Positions 8,274-16,617 of a DNA stretch of 64,000 nt are shown piece after piece. Numbering within the stretch: the stretch's first letter is position 1; every line of letters begins with the position of its first letter. The stretch is taken from IMG/VR virus record IMGVR_UViG_3300034141_000082. One strand, given 5' to 3'. The notes below the pieces were generated by a model. That model did no database searches. It saw only the letters and a program-made list of their open reading frames with translations, and was not told the DNA's origin. Position numbers and translations under genes: made by a program. This stretch comes from a virus.

Positions 8274-9215
8274 TCAGAATTCGGTTTCGCCGACGTCGAT
8301 CAAGTCCTTCAACGTCTGGCAGTCGAGCAGGTCGGCGCTGGAGCAGATGCGGATCAGCGCGGTCATCTCGTGCGCCACCGGTGGTCGGCCGGTCGCCTCG
8401 ACGAACGCGGCCGACATCAGCGGCAGCACCGGGTCGGGCAGCGGGTTGATGTCGCCCAGCGCCTTCGCCACCTCGCGCAGCAGCGCCAGGTCGCGCCGGT
8501 GCAGGCTCGTCACCGAGGCGACGGACTCCATCGACCACTCCGACCGCTCCGCGAACAGGAACAGCGCCAGCGCGACGCTGCGGGCCGTGGACGGCGCGCC
8601 GCCGCCGCGGGTCCAGCGCAGGTGCCAGGGGGAGATGCAGTCCCGGGTGGAGCAGGAGACGTGCACGCTGCCCCGGCCGCCGCCCATGTCGACGCACATC
8701 AGCGTGGTCATGATGTAGTGCCGGATGGACTCGCGCCGGCCGTCGGGGGTGGTGATGCGACGGGAGTTGCGGATGATGCACTGCCCCTTGGTCGAATAGG
8801 CCAGCTGGCCGCGCTCGTTCGTGAGCAGGTCGTGCAGGCCGGGCAGGATCTTCTCGGCCGCGTTCACCATCGCCAGGCCCTTGCGGTTGCCGATGGCGAT
8901 GTTCAGAGACTTGGTCAGGTTGCTCTGGCGGACAGGCTTCACGTCGTGCCAGGTGAATCCGTCGGGGCTGAACCGGCCGCCCCAGACGCCGATCTCGTTG
9001 CCGGCTTCGGCGGTCTCGCCGCAGACCTGCCGGATTGGGCAGGCGTTGCAGTTCTGCGCCGCGATCCAACGAGCCATGAACGACTCGGTGGTCTGGTCGA
9101 AGAGCTTCTCCTGGCCGTTGCAGGGGGTTGGTCGGTGGAGGTCGAGAGCCTGCTCCATCGGGTTTCCCCGACGCCAGAGCGTCTCCCAATCCGCGTGACG
9201 TGGGACGCTGACCAT
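8274..9215 (-). CDS. WhiB-family domain fused to a degenerate HNH/His-Cys Zn loop and a possible HTH
   Basis: C..(x23)..CxxC(x5)C and GVWGG; later CSTRDCISPWHL; SMESVASVTSLHRRDL. Confidence 0.75.
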   Translation of the reverse strand: MVSVPRHADWETLWRRGNPMEQALDLHRPTPCNGQEKLFDQTTESFMARWIAAQNCNACPIRQVCGETAEAGNEIGVWGGRFSPDGFTWHDVKPVRQSNLTKSLNIAIGNRKGLAMVNAAEKILPGLHDLLTNERGQLAYSTKGQCIIRNSRRITTPDGRRESIRHYIMTTLMCVDMGGGRGSVHVSCSTRDCISPWHLRWTRGGGAPSTARSVALALFLFAERSEWSMESVASVTSLHRRDLALLREVAKALGDINPLPDPVLPLMSAAFVEATGRPPVAHEMTALIRICSSADLLDCQTLKDLIDVGETEF

Positions 9216-9517
9216 CAGTCGTCACCCATCCCGAGGTCGTCGAGCTCGCCGTCGTCGTCGATCGTCGCCTCGTACTCGTCGAGCGACATCGTGTGCGCCT
9301 CGTCGAGACCGGCCAGGATGTCCCGGACGTAGCCGTTGAGGCTGTCGACCATGTCCTCGACGATGGGCCGCACCGGCTCGGCGTCGCGGTCGAAGGTGAG
9401 GATGTGCGAGGTGGTCACGGGCGAGCCCTCGGCGGTCATGCGCGGGGCGGTCATGTAGATGATCTGCACGCTGTCGCCGTCGACCTCGACAGCGTTCACT
9501 CGAATTTCGTCGGCCAC
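9215..9517 (-). CDS. Acidic hypothetical protein
   Basis: TGATG coupling with the WhiB gene. Confidence 0.7.
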   Translation of the reverse strand: MADEIRVNAVEVDGDSVQIIYMTAPRMTAEGSPVTTSHILTFDRDAEPVRPIVEDMVDSLNGYVRDILAGLDEAHTMSLDEYEATIDDDGELDDLGMGDD

Positions 9518-9518
9518 G

Positions 9519-10394
9519 TCAGATTCCCTTCTCGGCGCGGATTCGCATCCGCTTGACGCCGGCGTGGTCGGCCACGAGGCCCGACGGGGTCGGCTTGATG
9601 TAGCGGCGTCGGATGAGCACCGCTTCGACGTCGTTCAGACCACCGGGCGCGCCGAGAATTCGGGCCAGCGCCTGTCGGCCGATGGGCCGACCGTGGTCGA
9701 TGAGGTAGGCGAGCATCTGGAGCGCGGAGTCGTCGAGACCGTCGCGCGTCAGCTGCGCCATCTCGACTGCCTTCTCGGGCCCGGCGGCCCAGAAGCCGAG
9801 GATGTTGCGCATGGTCCGCGGGTTGCCGACCGCGGCGCGCAGGAGCACCTCACGGCCGTGGGTGTCGAGGGTGATGCCGAACCGCGAGGCGACCTGGTCG
9901 GCGATGCGGCCGAGCTCCTCGTCGGTGTAGGCGATGTCCAGGCGGATGGGGAACCTAGAGAAGACCGTCTGGGGGAGCTGGCCGCGGTTGGTCGTCGCGC
10001 CGAAGGCGGTGAACCGGACGCTGCGGCCGATGCCGCGTGCGCCCTCCAGCGTGTCGAGCAGCCAGGTCTGATTCGCGTAGCTGTGGATCTCGTCGAGGAG
10101 CAGGAGCATGTCGTCCTCGATGTGGGCCAAGATCCAGTCGACCTCCTTGCGGTCGGGCTTGGCGCTGACGAGGATCACGCCCGCGGCGCTGATCTCCTTG
10201 GCGATGGCGAGGCCGAGCGACGTCTTGCCGAGGCCGCCGGCGCCGGTGAGCGCGAGCATGTGACGCGGGGGCCGACGCTCCTGAGCGGAGGCCGTCATCT
10301 CGAACGTGATGACCTCTTCGATGCCCGCGGGCAGGATGAGCTCGTCGAGCGACAGCTCCTCGGCCAGGCGTTCGGGGGTAATCAGGGTAGCCAA
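9519..10394 (-). CDS. ruvB: RuvB-like AAA+ branch-migration ATPase
   Basis: Walker A GAGGLGKT, LLDEIH, FTAFGATT, SRFPIRL..Y..EEL, GNPR, GLD, wHTH ending KPTPSG; AAGGAG RBS before TTG. Confidence 0.8.
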   Translation of the reverse strand: MATLITPERLAEELSLDELILPAGIEEVITFEMTASAQERRPPRHMLALTGAGGLGKTSLGLAIAKEISAAGVILVSAKPDRKEVDWILAHIEDDMLLLLDEIHSYANQTWLLDTLEGARGIGRSVRFTAFGATTNRGQLPQTVFSRFPIRLDIAYTDEELGRIADQVASRFGITLDTHGREVLLRAAVGNPRTMRNILGFWAAGPEKAVEMAQLTRDGLDDSALQMLAYLIDHGRPIGRQALARILGAPGGLNDVEAVLIRRRYIKPTPSGLVADHAGVKRMRIRAEKGI

Positions 10395-10490
10395 TTTGTC
10401 ATCTCCTTTCTGTGTCTCTCACAATTCTCCGGGCGCGCAAAATCAGTGTCTGTACTGCGTACGGGGGACTAAATTCGCTGTATTGCAGCG

Positions 10491-10502
10491 CCATCCGGGT
10501 GA
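10491..10502 (-). promoter_or_regulatory. TCACC-N3-ATGG upstream box (variant) before ruvB
   Basis: TCACCCGGATGG on the minus strand; the downstream CGATA element is not conserved here. Confidence 0.5.
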
Positions 10503-10806
10503 AGTTCCTTGATCCACCCGCCAGACCGCAGACAGCCGAGACACCCCAAAATCAGGCTGCCTACACTGCACTTAGGTCCTTCTGAGATAGCTAGCGATCA
10601 GAGCCGATCGTGTGGTCGATGGCCCCTTGCGCCGCTGAAGCGAAGCGGAAGCGGGCGGCGGGACCGGAGGGCCCGAGGGCCAGAGAGCCACCGTCGGCAG
10701 AAGCTCTCTCAGAATTCTCAAACCATCTAAGACACCCCGGGCCGGCCCTCCGCTGGCGCTCCGGCCGCCCACCTGCCTCGCACCCCTGAACCCCCTGAAC
10801 TCAGAC

Positions 10807-10856
10807 GAAAGGTCCGGCACCCCTCCGCAGGCAACGAAGGGGGCCGGACCTCTCTT
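10807..10856. terminator. Long hairpin, probable bidirectional terminator
   Basis: AGGTCCGGC/GCCGGACCT plus an inner CCCCTCCG/CGAAGGGG stem; T-rich tails on both strands. Confidence 0.7.
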
Positions 10857-11032
10857 TCAAACCGCAGCTTGCGTCAGCTCACCGGTTCCCAGCTAGCAGC
10901 GATCTCTCAGCCGGCGAGGACGTCAGATTTTCGCCCTGTAGCCGTCGGCCTCATGGAGACGCTTCGGGTGGAGGTGATGAGCATTTGAGCCCGTTGACGA
11001 GCGGGCCTGGTGAGCCGGTCCACTGCGGTGGG

Positions 11033-11191
11033 TCAGACGCCGGGGGCTCGGAAGTCCCGGCAGCGGGTGCACGAGCGCGAGAACTCCACGCGCCCGGAGG
11101 GGTAGCGCAAGACGTGCTGCTTCCACCGGTGCCCCCGCACGCGGCAGATGGTGTTCTCCTGGAGAGCGCGCCACAGCACGCCGAGCTCCAT
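11033..11191 (-). CDS. Small Cys/His protein (not in ORF track)
   Basis: MELGVLWRALQENTICRVRGHRW...CTRCR; overlaps the upstream stop. Confidence 0.6.
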   Translation of the reverse strand: MELGVLWRALQENTICRVRGHRWKQHVLRYPSGRVEFSRSCTRCRDFRAPGV

Positions 11192-12123
11192 CACAGCCGA
11201 CTGTCCAGGATCGACGCCGCCCGCGCCCGGTAGAACTCCGTGCTCCCCGGGTCGGTGCCCGCGTTGAGCAGCGCTGCCAGCACGCCCGCCATCGCCTCCT
11301 TCGAGCGACGCACGTCGCCGAAGGCGCTCACCGCGTGCAGCTTCAGCGACACCTGCTGCTTGTCGATCTGGCCGAGGATGAAGAACTCGTCGGGCTCGCC
11401 GGCCGTCTCGCTGGGCAGCCGAAGCCCGTGCCAGAAACCGACGACCGCGGGCAGCGGCTCCGGAGGCGCGGCCGTCTGGGCCAGCATGTCCCGCTGCTCC
11501 GTCACCGACGTGAGCTCACGCTCCAGGATCGTGATCCGGTGTCGGGCCTCGGCCAACCGCTCGGCATCCGAAGGCGGCCCGATCGGGCGCCGCTTGCCCA
11601 GCGTCTCGCGGTAGACGAACTCGTCGACAGCGTGACCCAGGTCGAAAGTCGGCACGGGAGGCAGCGCTCGACGAGCCGTCTCGGCGACGGCCGCCACTGA
11701 CCGCTGCACCTTCTCCAGAGCTTGCGTGATCTCGGGCGAGAGCTCCTCCTCGTCCGCGGCCCGGTAGTCCCCCTCGGTCGGCTCCGCCTCCGCCACCGGC
11801 TTCTCCCCGGCCGCCTCGGCGAACTCCTTCAGCAGCTCCAGGCTGTCGTCCGGCCCGGGGTCGGTGATGCCCGGGATGCCGAGCCCGGGCTTGCTGACCG
11901 ACACGCGCTCGCCGTGGAAGGCGACCAGGCGCAGCAGATCGTCCCGGGCCTTGGCGGCAAGCCTGAACGCCTCGACGACGTTCTCGTAGTCGCTCTCGCT
12001 CAGCAGCAGGCCGGACTGGCTCCTCCGGTTGTAGTCGTTGAACACGTCGTCGCGCAGGTTGAGCATCTGCCAGAAGTCGTCGAACGCCTTCGCCAGCACG
12101 GCACGCCGCTCGCCGGCCCTCAT
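11191..12123 (-). CDS. Hypothetical coiled-coil protein
   Basis: 310-aa ORF with phage codon bias, overlap-coupled. Confidence 0.7.
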   Translation of the reverse strand: MRAGERRAVLAKAFDDFWQMLNLRDDVFNDYNRRSQSGLLLSESDYENVVEAFRLAAKARDDLLRLVAFHGERVSVSKPGLGIPGITDPGPDDSLELLKEFAEAAGEKPVAEAEPTEGDYRAADEEELSPEITQALEKVQRSVAAVAETARRALPPVPTFDLGHAVDEFVYRETLGKRRPIGPPSDAERLAEARHRITILERELTSVTEQRDMLAQTAAPPEPLPAVVGFWHGLRLPSETAGEPDEFFILGQIDKQQVSLKLHAVSAFGDVRRSKEAMAGVLAALLNAGTDPGSTEFYRARAASILDSRL

Positions 12124-12437
12124 CGCACCCTCAGCAGGGCGTCGAGCTCGGTCTTGGTGACGACGACCGCGGGCTGGAGAACGATGGCGCCGCCCGGGTG
12201 GTAGTCCACGATATAGAGCTGGTCGGGCCTGACGTAGCCGACGAGGTCGACGCGACCCTTGCGGTCAACCTCGACGACGTCGAGCGCGTCCGGGTCGGCC
12301 ATGCGCAGCACCAGCTCCTCGGCGTAGCGGGCCTGTGCGGGGTCGGGATCGCGCAGCCCGCTGGTCGGCACCGCGGGCTCGAAGTCCTCGTCGCCGTAGT
12401 GGTCCAGGAACGCCTGGCCGATGTCGCCGCCGCTCAC
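12120..12437 (-). CDS. Hypothetical protein
   Basis: Overlap-coupled. Confidence 0.65.
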   Translation of the reverse strand: MSGGDIGQAFLDHYGDEDFEPAVPTSGLRDPDPAQARYAEELVLRMADPDALDVVEVDRKGRVDLVGYVRPDQLYIVDYHPGGAIVLQPAVVVTKTELDALLRVR

Positions 12438-12670
12438 GGCCGGTTCGCCTTCCGGCTGGCCTTCTGCCGGCTGGTCTTGCTGCGCCGCTTCGCCTTCGTC
12501 GCGGCCGACACGGTGCCGCGGTAGACCTGCTTGCCCTGGAGGCCGGCCAGGATCGCCAGCTGGTAGGGCGTGACGGGCTTGATCTTCGGGGCCTCGGTGG
12601 TGCCCTCGACTGGCTCCTGGCGCTTGAACAGTGCGCGGACCTGCTCGCGGATGGAGAGGTTCAGCCTCAT
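12434..12670 (-). CDS. Small basic protein (actinophage-type YxGTV..KAxRRxK)
   Basis: Lys/Arg-rich tail; start-associated leader upstream. Confidence 0.7.
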   Translation of the reverse strand: MRLNLSIREQVRALFKRQEPVEGTTEAPKIKPVTPYQLAILAGLQGKQVYRGTVSAATKAKRRSKTSRQKASRKANRP

Positions 12671-12704
12671 ATCAATTTCCCTTCTCTCGATGTGTGATCT
12701 TGGT

Positions 12705-12890
12705 CTAGCGCTTCTTGCCGGTGAGCTCGTCCATCGTCCAGTAGCCCTCGATGTTCTCGGTCCGGACGGCGCCGCACTCGCAACGCCTCAGCAGCGTCGT
12801 CACGTCGCCACCGGTCCTGATCCAGGTGAAGTGCTTCAGGCGCACCGTGCGGAAACGGTGTCGGTGCAGCCATCTCCATTTCAGGTTCAC
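12705..12890 (-). CDS. Small Cys/His protein
   Basis: AGGAGG RBS; HRF...RCECG. Confidence 0.65.
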   Translation of the reverse strand: MNLKWRWLHRHRFRTVRLKHFTWIRTGGDVTTLLRRCECGAVRTENIEGYWTMDELTGKKR

Positions 12891-12958
12891 GATTCCTCCT
12901 CTCGAAACGACGAAGGGCGGCCTGCCCCAGCAGACCGCCCAGCACCGTCAACGTTCTG

Positions 12959-13222
12959 TCAGGTGCCGGCCCGCCCCGGGGCGCTCTGCGGCCGGGCCAT
13001 CGCGCTGGCGACGACCTCGACGTCCGCCTTGGCGTCGCCGACGAGCTCGGTGGCGATCTCCTTGCGACGCTCGGGCTCGTTCGTCAGGTAGTTGACGAAG
13101 TGGGCCCGGTTGATCCGGCCGCGACTTCCGACCTCGACGCCCTGCTCCTTCAGCCAGGCCCGCACCTCGCTGGCCTGGTAGGGCTGGACGTCGCTGGATG
13201 GCTGGGTGCTCTTGCTGCTCAT
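12959..13222 (-). CDS. Lsr2-like DNA-binding domain without the N-terminal oligomerisation domain
   Basis: EVRAWLKEQGVEVGSRGRI matches the Lsr2 C-domain. Confidence 0.8.
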   Translation of the reverse strand: MSSKSTQPSSDVQPYQASEVRAWLKEQGVEVGSRGRINRAHFVNYLTNEPERRKEIATELVGDAKADVEVVASAMARPQSAPGRAGT

Positions 13223-13309
13223 TTTCGATGTGTCCTCTCGCTCAGGGGTTTTCCATTTCTAAATCTAGGGACGGCTGTCCCGGTGCGCCCCCGCGCGGAG
13301 TTGATTTGG

Positions 13310-13471
13310 TCAGGAGAAAATGCTGCCCCAGATATTCACGATCAGCCAGAGCAGGCACAGCCCGACGAAGACCGCGGCCAGGAGCCCGATGACGACAGCG
13401 ATTCCGCTGGCGGCGTAGGCGAAGACGTCGAGGACGCTCAGCCCCGGGCGCGGCGGCTTGGGCCGGCTCAC
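13310..13471 (-). CDS. Small membrane protein
   Basis: GTGA overlap; long hydrophobic C-terminus. Confidence 0.6.
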   Translation of the reverse strand: MSRPKPPRPGLSVLDVFAYAASGIAVVIGLLAAVFVGLCLLWLIVNIWGSIFS

Positions 13472-14139
13472 CGGAGCACGTTCCGCTGGATCGGGTGGGA
13501 TGAGTAGCCCCTTCGATGCCCGCTGCTGATCCGCAGAGCGGTCTCGATCTCCTGGTGGAGAGCCTCCAGGGTGAAGCCGCGGTAGTTGCGCAGCACGGCA
13601 TCGAATTCCCACTCGTCGAGCGCGGTCTCACTGACATGCCGCAGCCCCTCGCGGTAGGAACCAGTGACGTCCCGCTGGACTCGCCACACCACCCCGCTCC
13701 GCTCCGTAATCGCAGCCGCCTCGTTCGGGAAGCGGCAGTCCGGGATCACGTAGCTGACGCCGGGCTGGAGCCGGTCGAGCAGGGTGTTCACCCAGATCTC
13801 GCTGCTCAGGGTCTGCCGGCCCATCTCGGTGCCGATGCGCTGGAGGACGGCGCGGAACTCGGCGCCGTGGACGGGATGGTCCTTGGCGTCCTCGTAGCCG
13901 TGGGCGCTCTCCAGGCCGGTCCACCGAACGGGCCGACCCGCGTAGTGGTTGTAGCCCACGATCGGGTTCAGCGCCCGCGCGCACTCGCGCACGGCGTCCG
14001 CGAACGCGATCTTGGTGTAGCCGCGGTTCGCGACCAGGTAGTTGGCCGCGGTGTCCTTCCCGGACCTCGCCGGCCCGGCCAAGCCGATCAGCCTGGGCAA
14101 GTCACGCCCGGGTGGCAGGCTCGGATGTTGGGTGGTCAC
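13468..14139 (-). CDS. Deoxynucleoside monophosphate kinase
   Basis: IGLAGPARSGKDT, FADAVR, R..LQRIGTE.GR, IPDCRFPNE, HVSE. Confidence 0.9.
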   Translation of the reverse strand: MTTQHPSLPPGRDLPRLIGLAGPARSGKDTAANYLVANRGYTKIAFADAVRECARALNPIVGYNHYAGRPVRWTGLESAHGYEDAKDHPVHGAEFRAVLQRIGTEMGRQTLSSEIWVNTLLDRLQPGVSYVIPDCRFPNEAAAITERSGVVWRVQRDVTGSYREGLRHVSETALDEWEFDAVLRNYRGFTLEALHQEIETALRISSGHRRGYSSHPIQRNVLR

Positions 14140-14327
14140 ATGTCCTCCAGCTTCAGCCAGACGGTGTCGCCGGCGGTCGATATCAGGTTGCCTTCGCCGT
14201 CCTCTTGGGCCGGCTCGATCTCGACGGCCCGCACGTTGAACAGGCCGCCGTTGTCCTCGTCCATGCCCATCACGAGGTCGTTGTCGTTCGCCAGTGCGAG
14301 CAGGGCGCGCAGCGTCCCAACCCTCAC
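14136..14327 (-). CDS. Hypothetical protein
   Basis: Overlap-coupled. Confidence 0.6.
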   Translation of the reverse strand: MRVGTLRALLALANDNDLVMGMDEDNGGLFNVRAVEIEPAQEDGEGNLISTAGDTVWLKLEDM

Positions 14328-14509
14328 GGCTCGTCCACCAACTCGATGTCGATGTCGACGAGGTCACCCAGGCCCAGCCCCTTGGGCCCGCCCGAAAGCA
14401 CCCCTTGATAGCCCTCCAGCGACAGCCCGGTCTCGTCGTCCAGGTCGACCTGGTCCTCGTCGAGATCCTCGATCTCCAGGTAGCCGGTCACCTTGATTCG
14501 CTGTGCCAT
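14324..14509 (-). CDS. Acidic hypothetical protein
   Basis: GGAGG RBS. Confidence 0.65.
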   Translation of the reverse strand: MAQRIKVTGYLEIEDLDEDQVDLDDETGLSLEGYQGVLSGGPKGLGLGDLVDIDIELVDEP

Positions 14510-14524
14510 TTCAACCTCCTTCTC

Positions 14525-15001
14525 TCAGGCGCCCTGCAACAGGGCGTTGATCTCTCGGTCCAGGTTCTGCGCGATCTGCTCCGCGTGCTGCTTCAGCGCG
14601 ATGCCCAGCAGCAGGGTGAAGCACTGCAACTGGTCCAGCGGGAAGCGCGTCACGACGGAGTGGGGGACGTGCTCGTCGGGGTCCGGCGGCTCGTGGCTGA
14701 AGAGCCGGATGTCCAGCACCGTGGACTGCTTCAGCAGCTGGATGTCGCCGATCCCGCGGACGATGCCCTCGGTGCCCTGCACTGTGTCGCGCAGCATCTC
14801 GTGGTCGATGCGCCAGGCGACGGTCTCCGTGCTCTCGTGGAAGTTGAGCTGCACGGCGAACGGGTCGGCCACGTCCCACTGGAGGACGGTCTTGATCTTG
14901 CCCACCAGGGAGCCGTCGCTGGCGTCGATCAGCTCGGCGACCGACTCCATGTGGACTCGGCTGGATGGGCTCTCCGGGGTTGTGCTGGGCTTCTCGCTCA
15001 T
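14525..15001 (-). CDS. SsgA-like (SALP) cell-division/sporulation protein, copy 1
   Basis: LQWDVADPFAVQLNF..VAW....ML......GIGDI; C-terminal LDREINALL. Confidence 0.75.
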   Translation of the reverse strand: MSEKPSTTPESPSSRVHMESVAELIDASDGSLVGKIKTVLQWDVADPFAVQLNFHESTETVAWRIDHEMLRDTVQGTEGIVRGIGDIQLLKQSTVLDIRLFSHEPPDPDEHVPHSVVTRFPLDQLQCFTLLLGIALKQHAEQIAQNLDREINALLQGA

Positions 15002-15040
15002 CTCCAATATCTCCTCTCTCGATGTGTGATTTCAGTCAGG

Positions 15041-15220
15041 TCATAACCATCGCCGTGCCGACTTGGCCGGCGCCGCGTCCCTGCGCTGCTGGTCGACGAC
15101 GATCGCCGACGCGAAGGCGGCCACGCCCACTCCGAACGCCGCACCGTAGAGCCCGACGATCAGCAGCACGAAGCCGCCGATGCCGAGCAGGTAGGGCGTG
15201 CAGGGCCAGATGCGCCTCAC
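15041..15220 (-). CDS. Small membrane protein
   Basis: Two hydrophobic segments; GTGA overlap. Confidence 0.6.
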   Translation of the reverse strand: MRRIWPCTPYLLGIGGFVLLIVGLYGAAFGVGVAAFASAIVVDQQRRDAAPAKSARRWL

Positions 15221-15585
15221 GGTCCGACCGCCGGGTCGTCGGTCGGCCACTCGCAGTCGCAGTCGTCCTGGTTGTGCTTGGCGACCGGCCCACCGAACTC
15301 TGACCGATCACGCAGGGACTTCAGCAGTGCCTCGCGCTCCTGCTCGACCTTGCACCGGTCGATGCCGAAGAAGTCGGCCATGAGCTGTTCGGGCGAGCGC
15401 GGGTCCTCGACGAGGATGTCCTTGTTGTAGCGCATGTCGTCGACCTGCCAGCTGGCGAGGAACAAGTCCTGTGCCAACAGCCAGTCGATGAACTCCTGGA
15501 CAGTCTCCGCCTTGCCCGACGCGATGACCTGTCGCTGCTTCTCCAGCTCGGGCATCTCGGGCAACCAGTCTCGCGTCGGTGCCAT
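15217..15585 (-). CDS. Hypothetical phage protein
   Basis: EFIDWL...LMADFFGID..KVEQER pattern. Confidence 0.7.
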   Translation of the reverse strand: MAPTRDWLPEMPELEKQRQVIASGKAETVQEFIDWLLAQDLFLASWQVDDMRYNKDILVEDPRSPEQLMADFFGIDRCKVEQEREALLKSLRDRSEFGGPVAKHNQDDCDCEWPTDDPAVGP

Positions 15586-15755
15586 CAGTCCTTCGCTCTC
15601 TCGGGCAGTCGCACCACGTTGAATGCGTTCGCTCCGGTCTCCTGGGTGATCCAGTCGCCGAGGTAGAGCCGCAGCCCGACCTCGTCCACGGTGACCTCGT
15701 CGTGCCCGGTCCGCTTCAGCAGGAACCGCGCCCGCCGGCGCGCCGCCTCACTCAT
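15585..15755 (-). CDS. Hypothetical protein (not in ORF track)
   Basis: MSEAARRRARFLLKRTG..., overlap-coupled on both sides. Confidence 0.55.
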   Translation of the reverse strand: MSEAARRRARFLLKRTGHDEVTVDEVGLRLYLGDWITQETGANAFNVVRLPERAKD

Positions 15756-16074
15756 GGTCGTCGTCCTCGCAGTCGCACTCCTCGCCGATCGCCATCTCGA
15801 TCTCCGTCTTCGCCACGGACATCAGTCCGATGGCCGTCCACGGCGGCGTGCTCGGCCCCGGGATGGTGTGCATGCCCCGCGTGCCGTCGCTCGCCATCGT
15901 CTCGACGACGAGGATGAAGCCGGACACGACCTGTGCACGCCCGTCTCCCAGCGGGTAGAGCGCGTTCATCAGCTGCTGGACGAAGCCGTTCAGGTCGGTG
16001 ACGGGGGCCTCGTCGTTGGACGGCCAGGCTGGCATCCCGTCGGGCATCTCGCCCCCGGGCTGGTTCTCGGTCAT
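15748..16074 (-). CDS. Hypothetical protein
   Basis: GGAGGG RBS. Confidence 0.65.
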   Translation of the reverse strand: MTENQPGGEMPDGMPAWPSNDEAPVTDLNGFVQQLMNALYPLGDGRAQVVSGFILVVETMASDGTRGMHTIPGPSTPPWTAIGLMSVAKTEIEMAIGEECDCEDDDHE

Positions 16075-16412
16075 GTTCCCTCCTTCGTGTCGATCTCGAT
16101 GAACTCGCTGGGATGGAACGGGCCGGGGTCGGCCACGCCCTCGAACCAGATCTCCAGGGGGTAGAGCTCCTTCGGCAGGTGCTGCACGTCCACGACGGTC
16201 AGGAAGCGCTCCTCGCTGGTCCAGCCCTCGGCGTAGACGCTGCCCTCGGCGTTCGCGGGCACCGGCCGGATGCGGTCGCCCCGCTGGACGTCGTTGCCCT
16301 GGATGAACACGCGGTCGCCGTAGATCAGGTTGTTGGTGAACTCCTGGGTGAGATGGATGAAGTTCTCGCCCGTCTCCTCGTCGCGCTCGTACTCGAACTC
16401 GTCGTCAGCCAC
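16071..16412 (-). CDS. Hypothetical acidic protein
   Basis: AGGAG RBS before GTG. Confidence 0.65.
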   Translation of the reverse strand: MADDEFEYERDEETGENFIHLTQEFTNNLIYGDRVFIQGNDVQRGDRIRPVPANAEGSVYAEGWTSEERFLTVVDVQHLPKELYPLEIWFEGVADPGPFHPSEFIEIDTKEGT

Positions 16413-16617
16413 GGGTCTCCTTCTCCGAGTAGGCGCCCTCGGGCACCGGGATCTCCTGGACTCTGCGGCGGACCACATAAGCCCACTTCTCCCACATGAG
16501 CCGGTAGTCGGATCGCAGCTCTTCCCACGGCAGCTGCTCCTCGCCCTCGTCGAACCGCTCGTACAGCCACCGCGCCAGGGGATCGCTCACCCACTTCGCC
16601 GGCTTGTCCTCAGCCAT
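16405..16617 (-). CDS. Hypothetical Trp-rich protein
   Basis: Overlaps the thyX stop. Confidence 0.6.
   Translation of the reverse strand: MAEDKPAKWVSDPLARWLYERFDEGEEQLPWEELRSDYRLMWEKWAYVVRRRVQEIPVPEGAYSEKETRG

Noticed and set aside
10923-11174. 83-aa ORF from the track
   Set aside because: A different frame (11033-11191) has the stop/start overlap and better codon usage.
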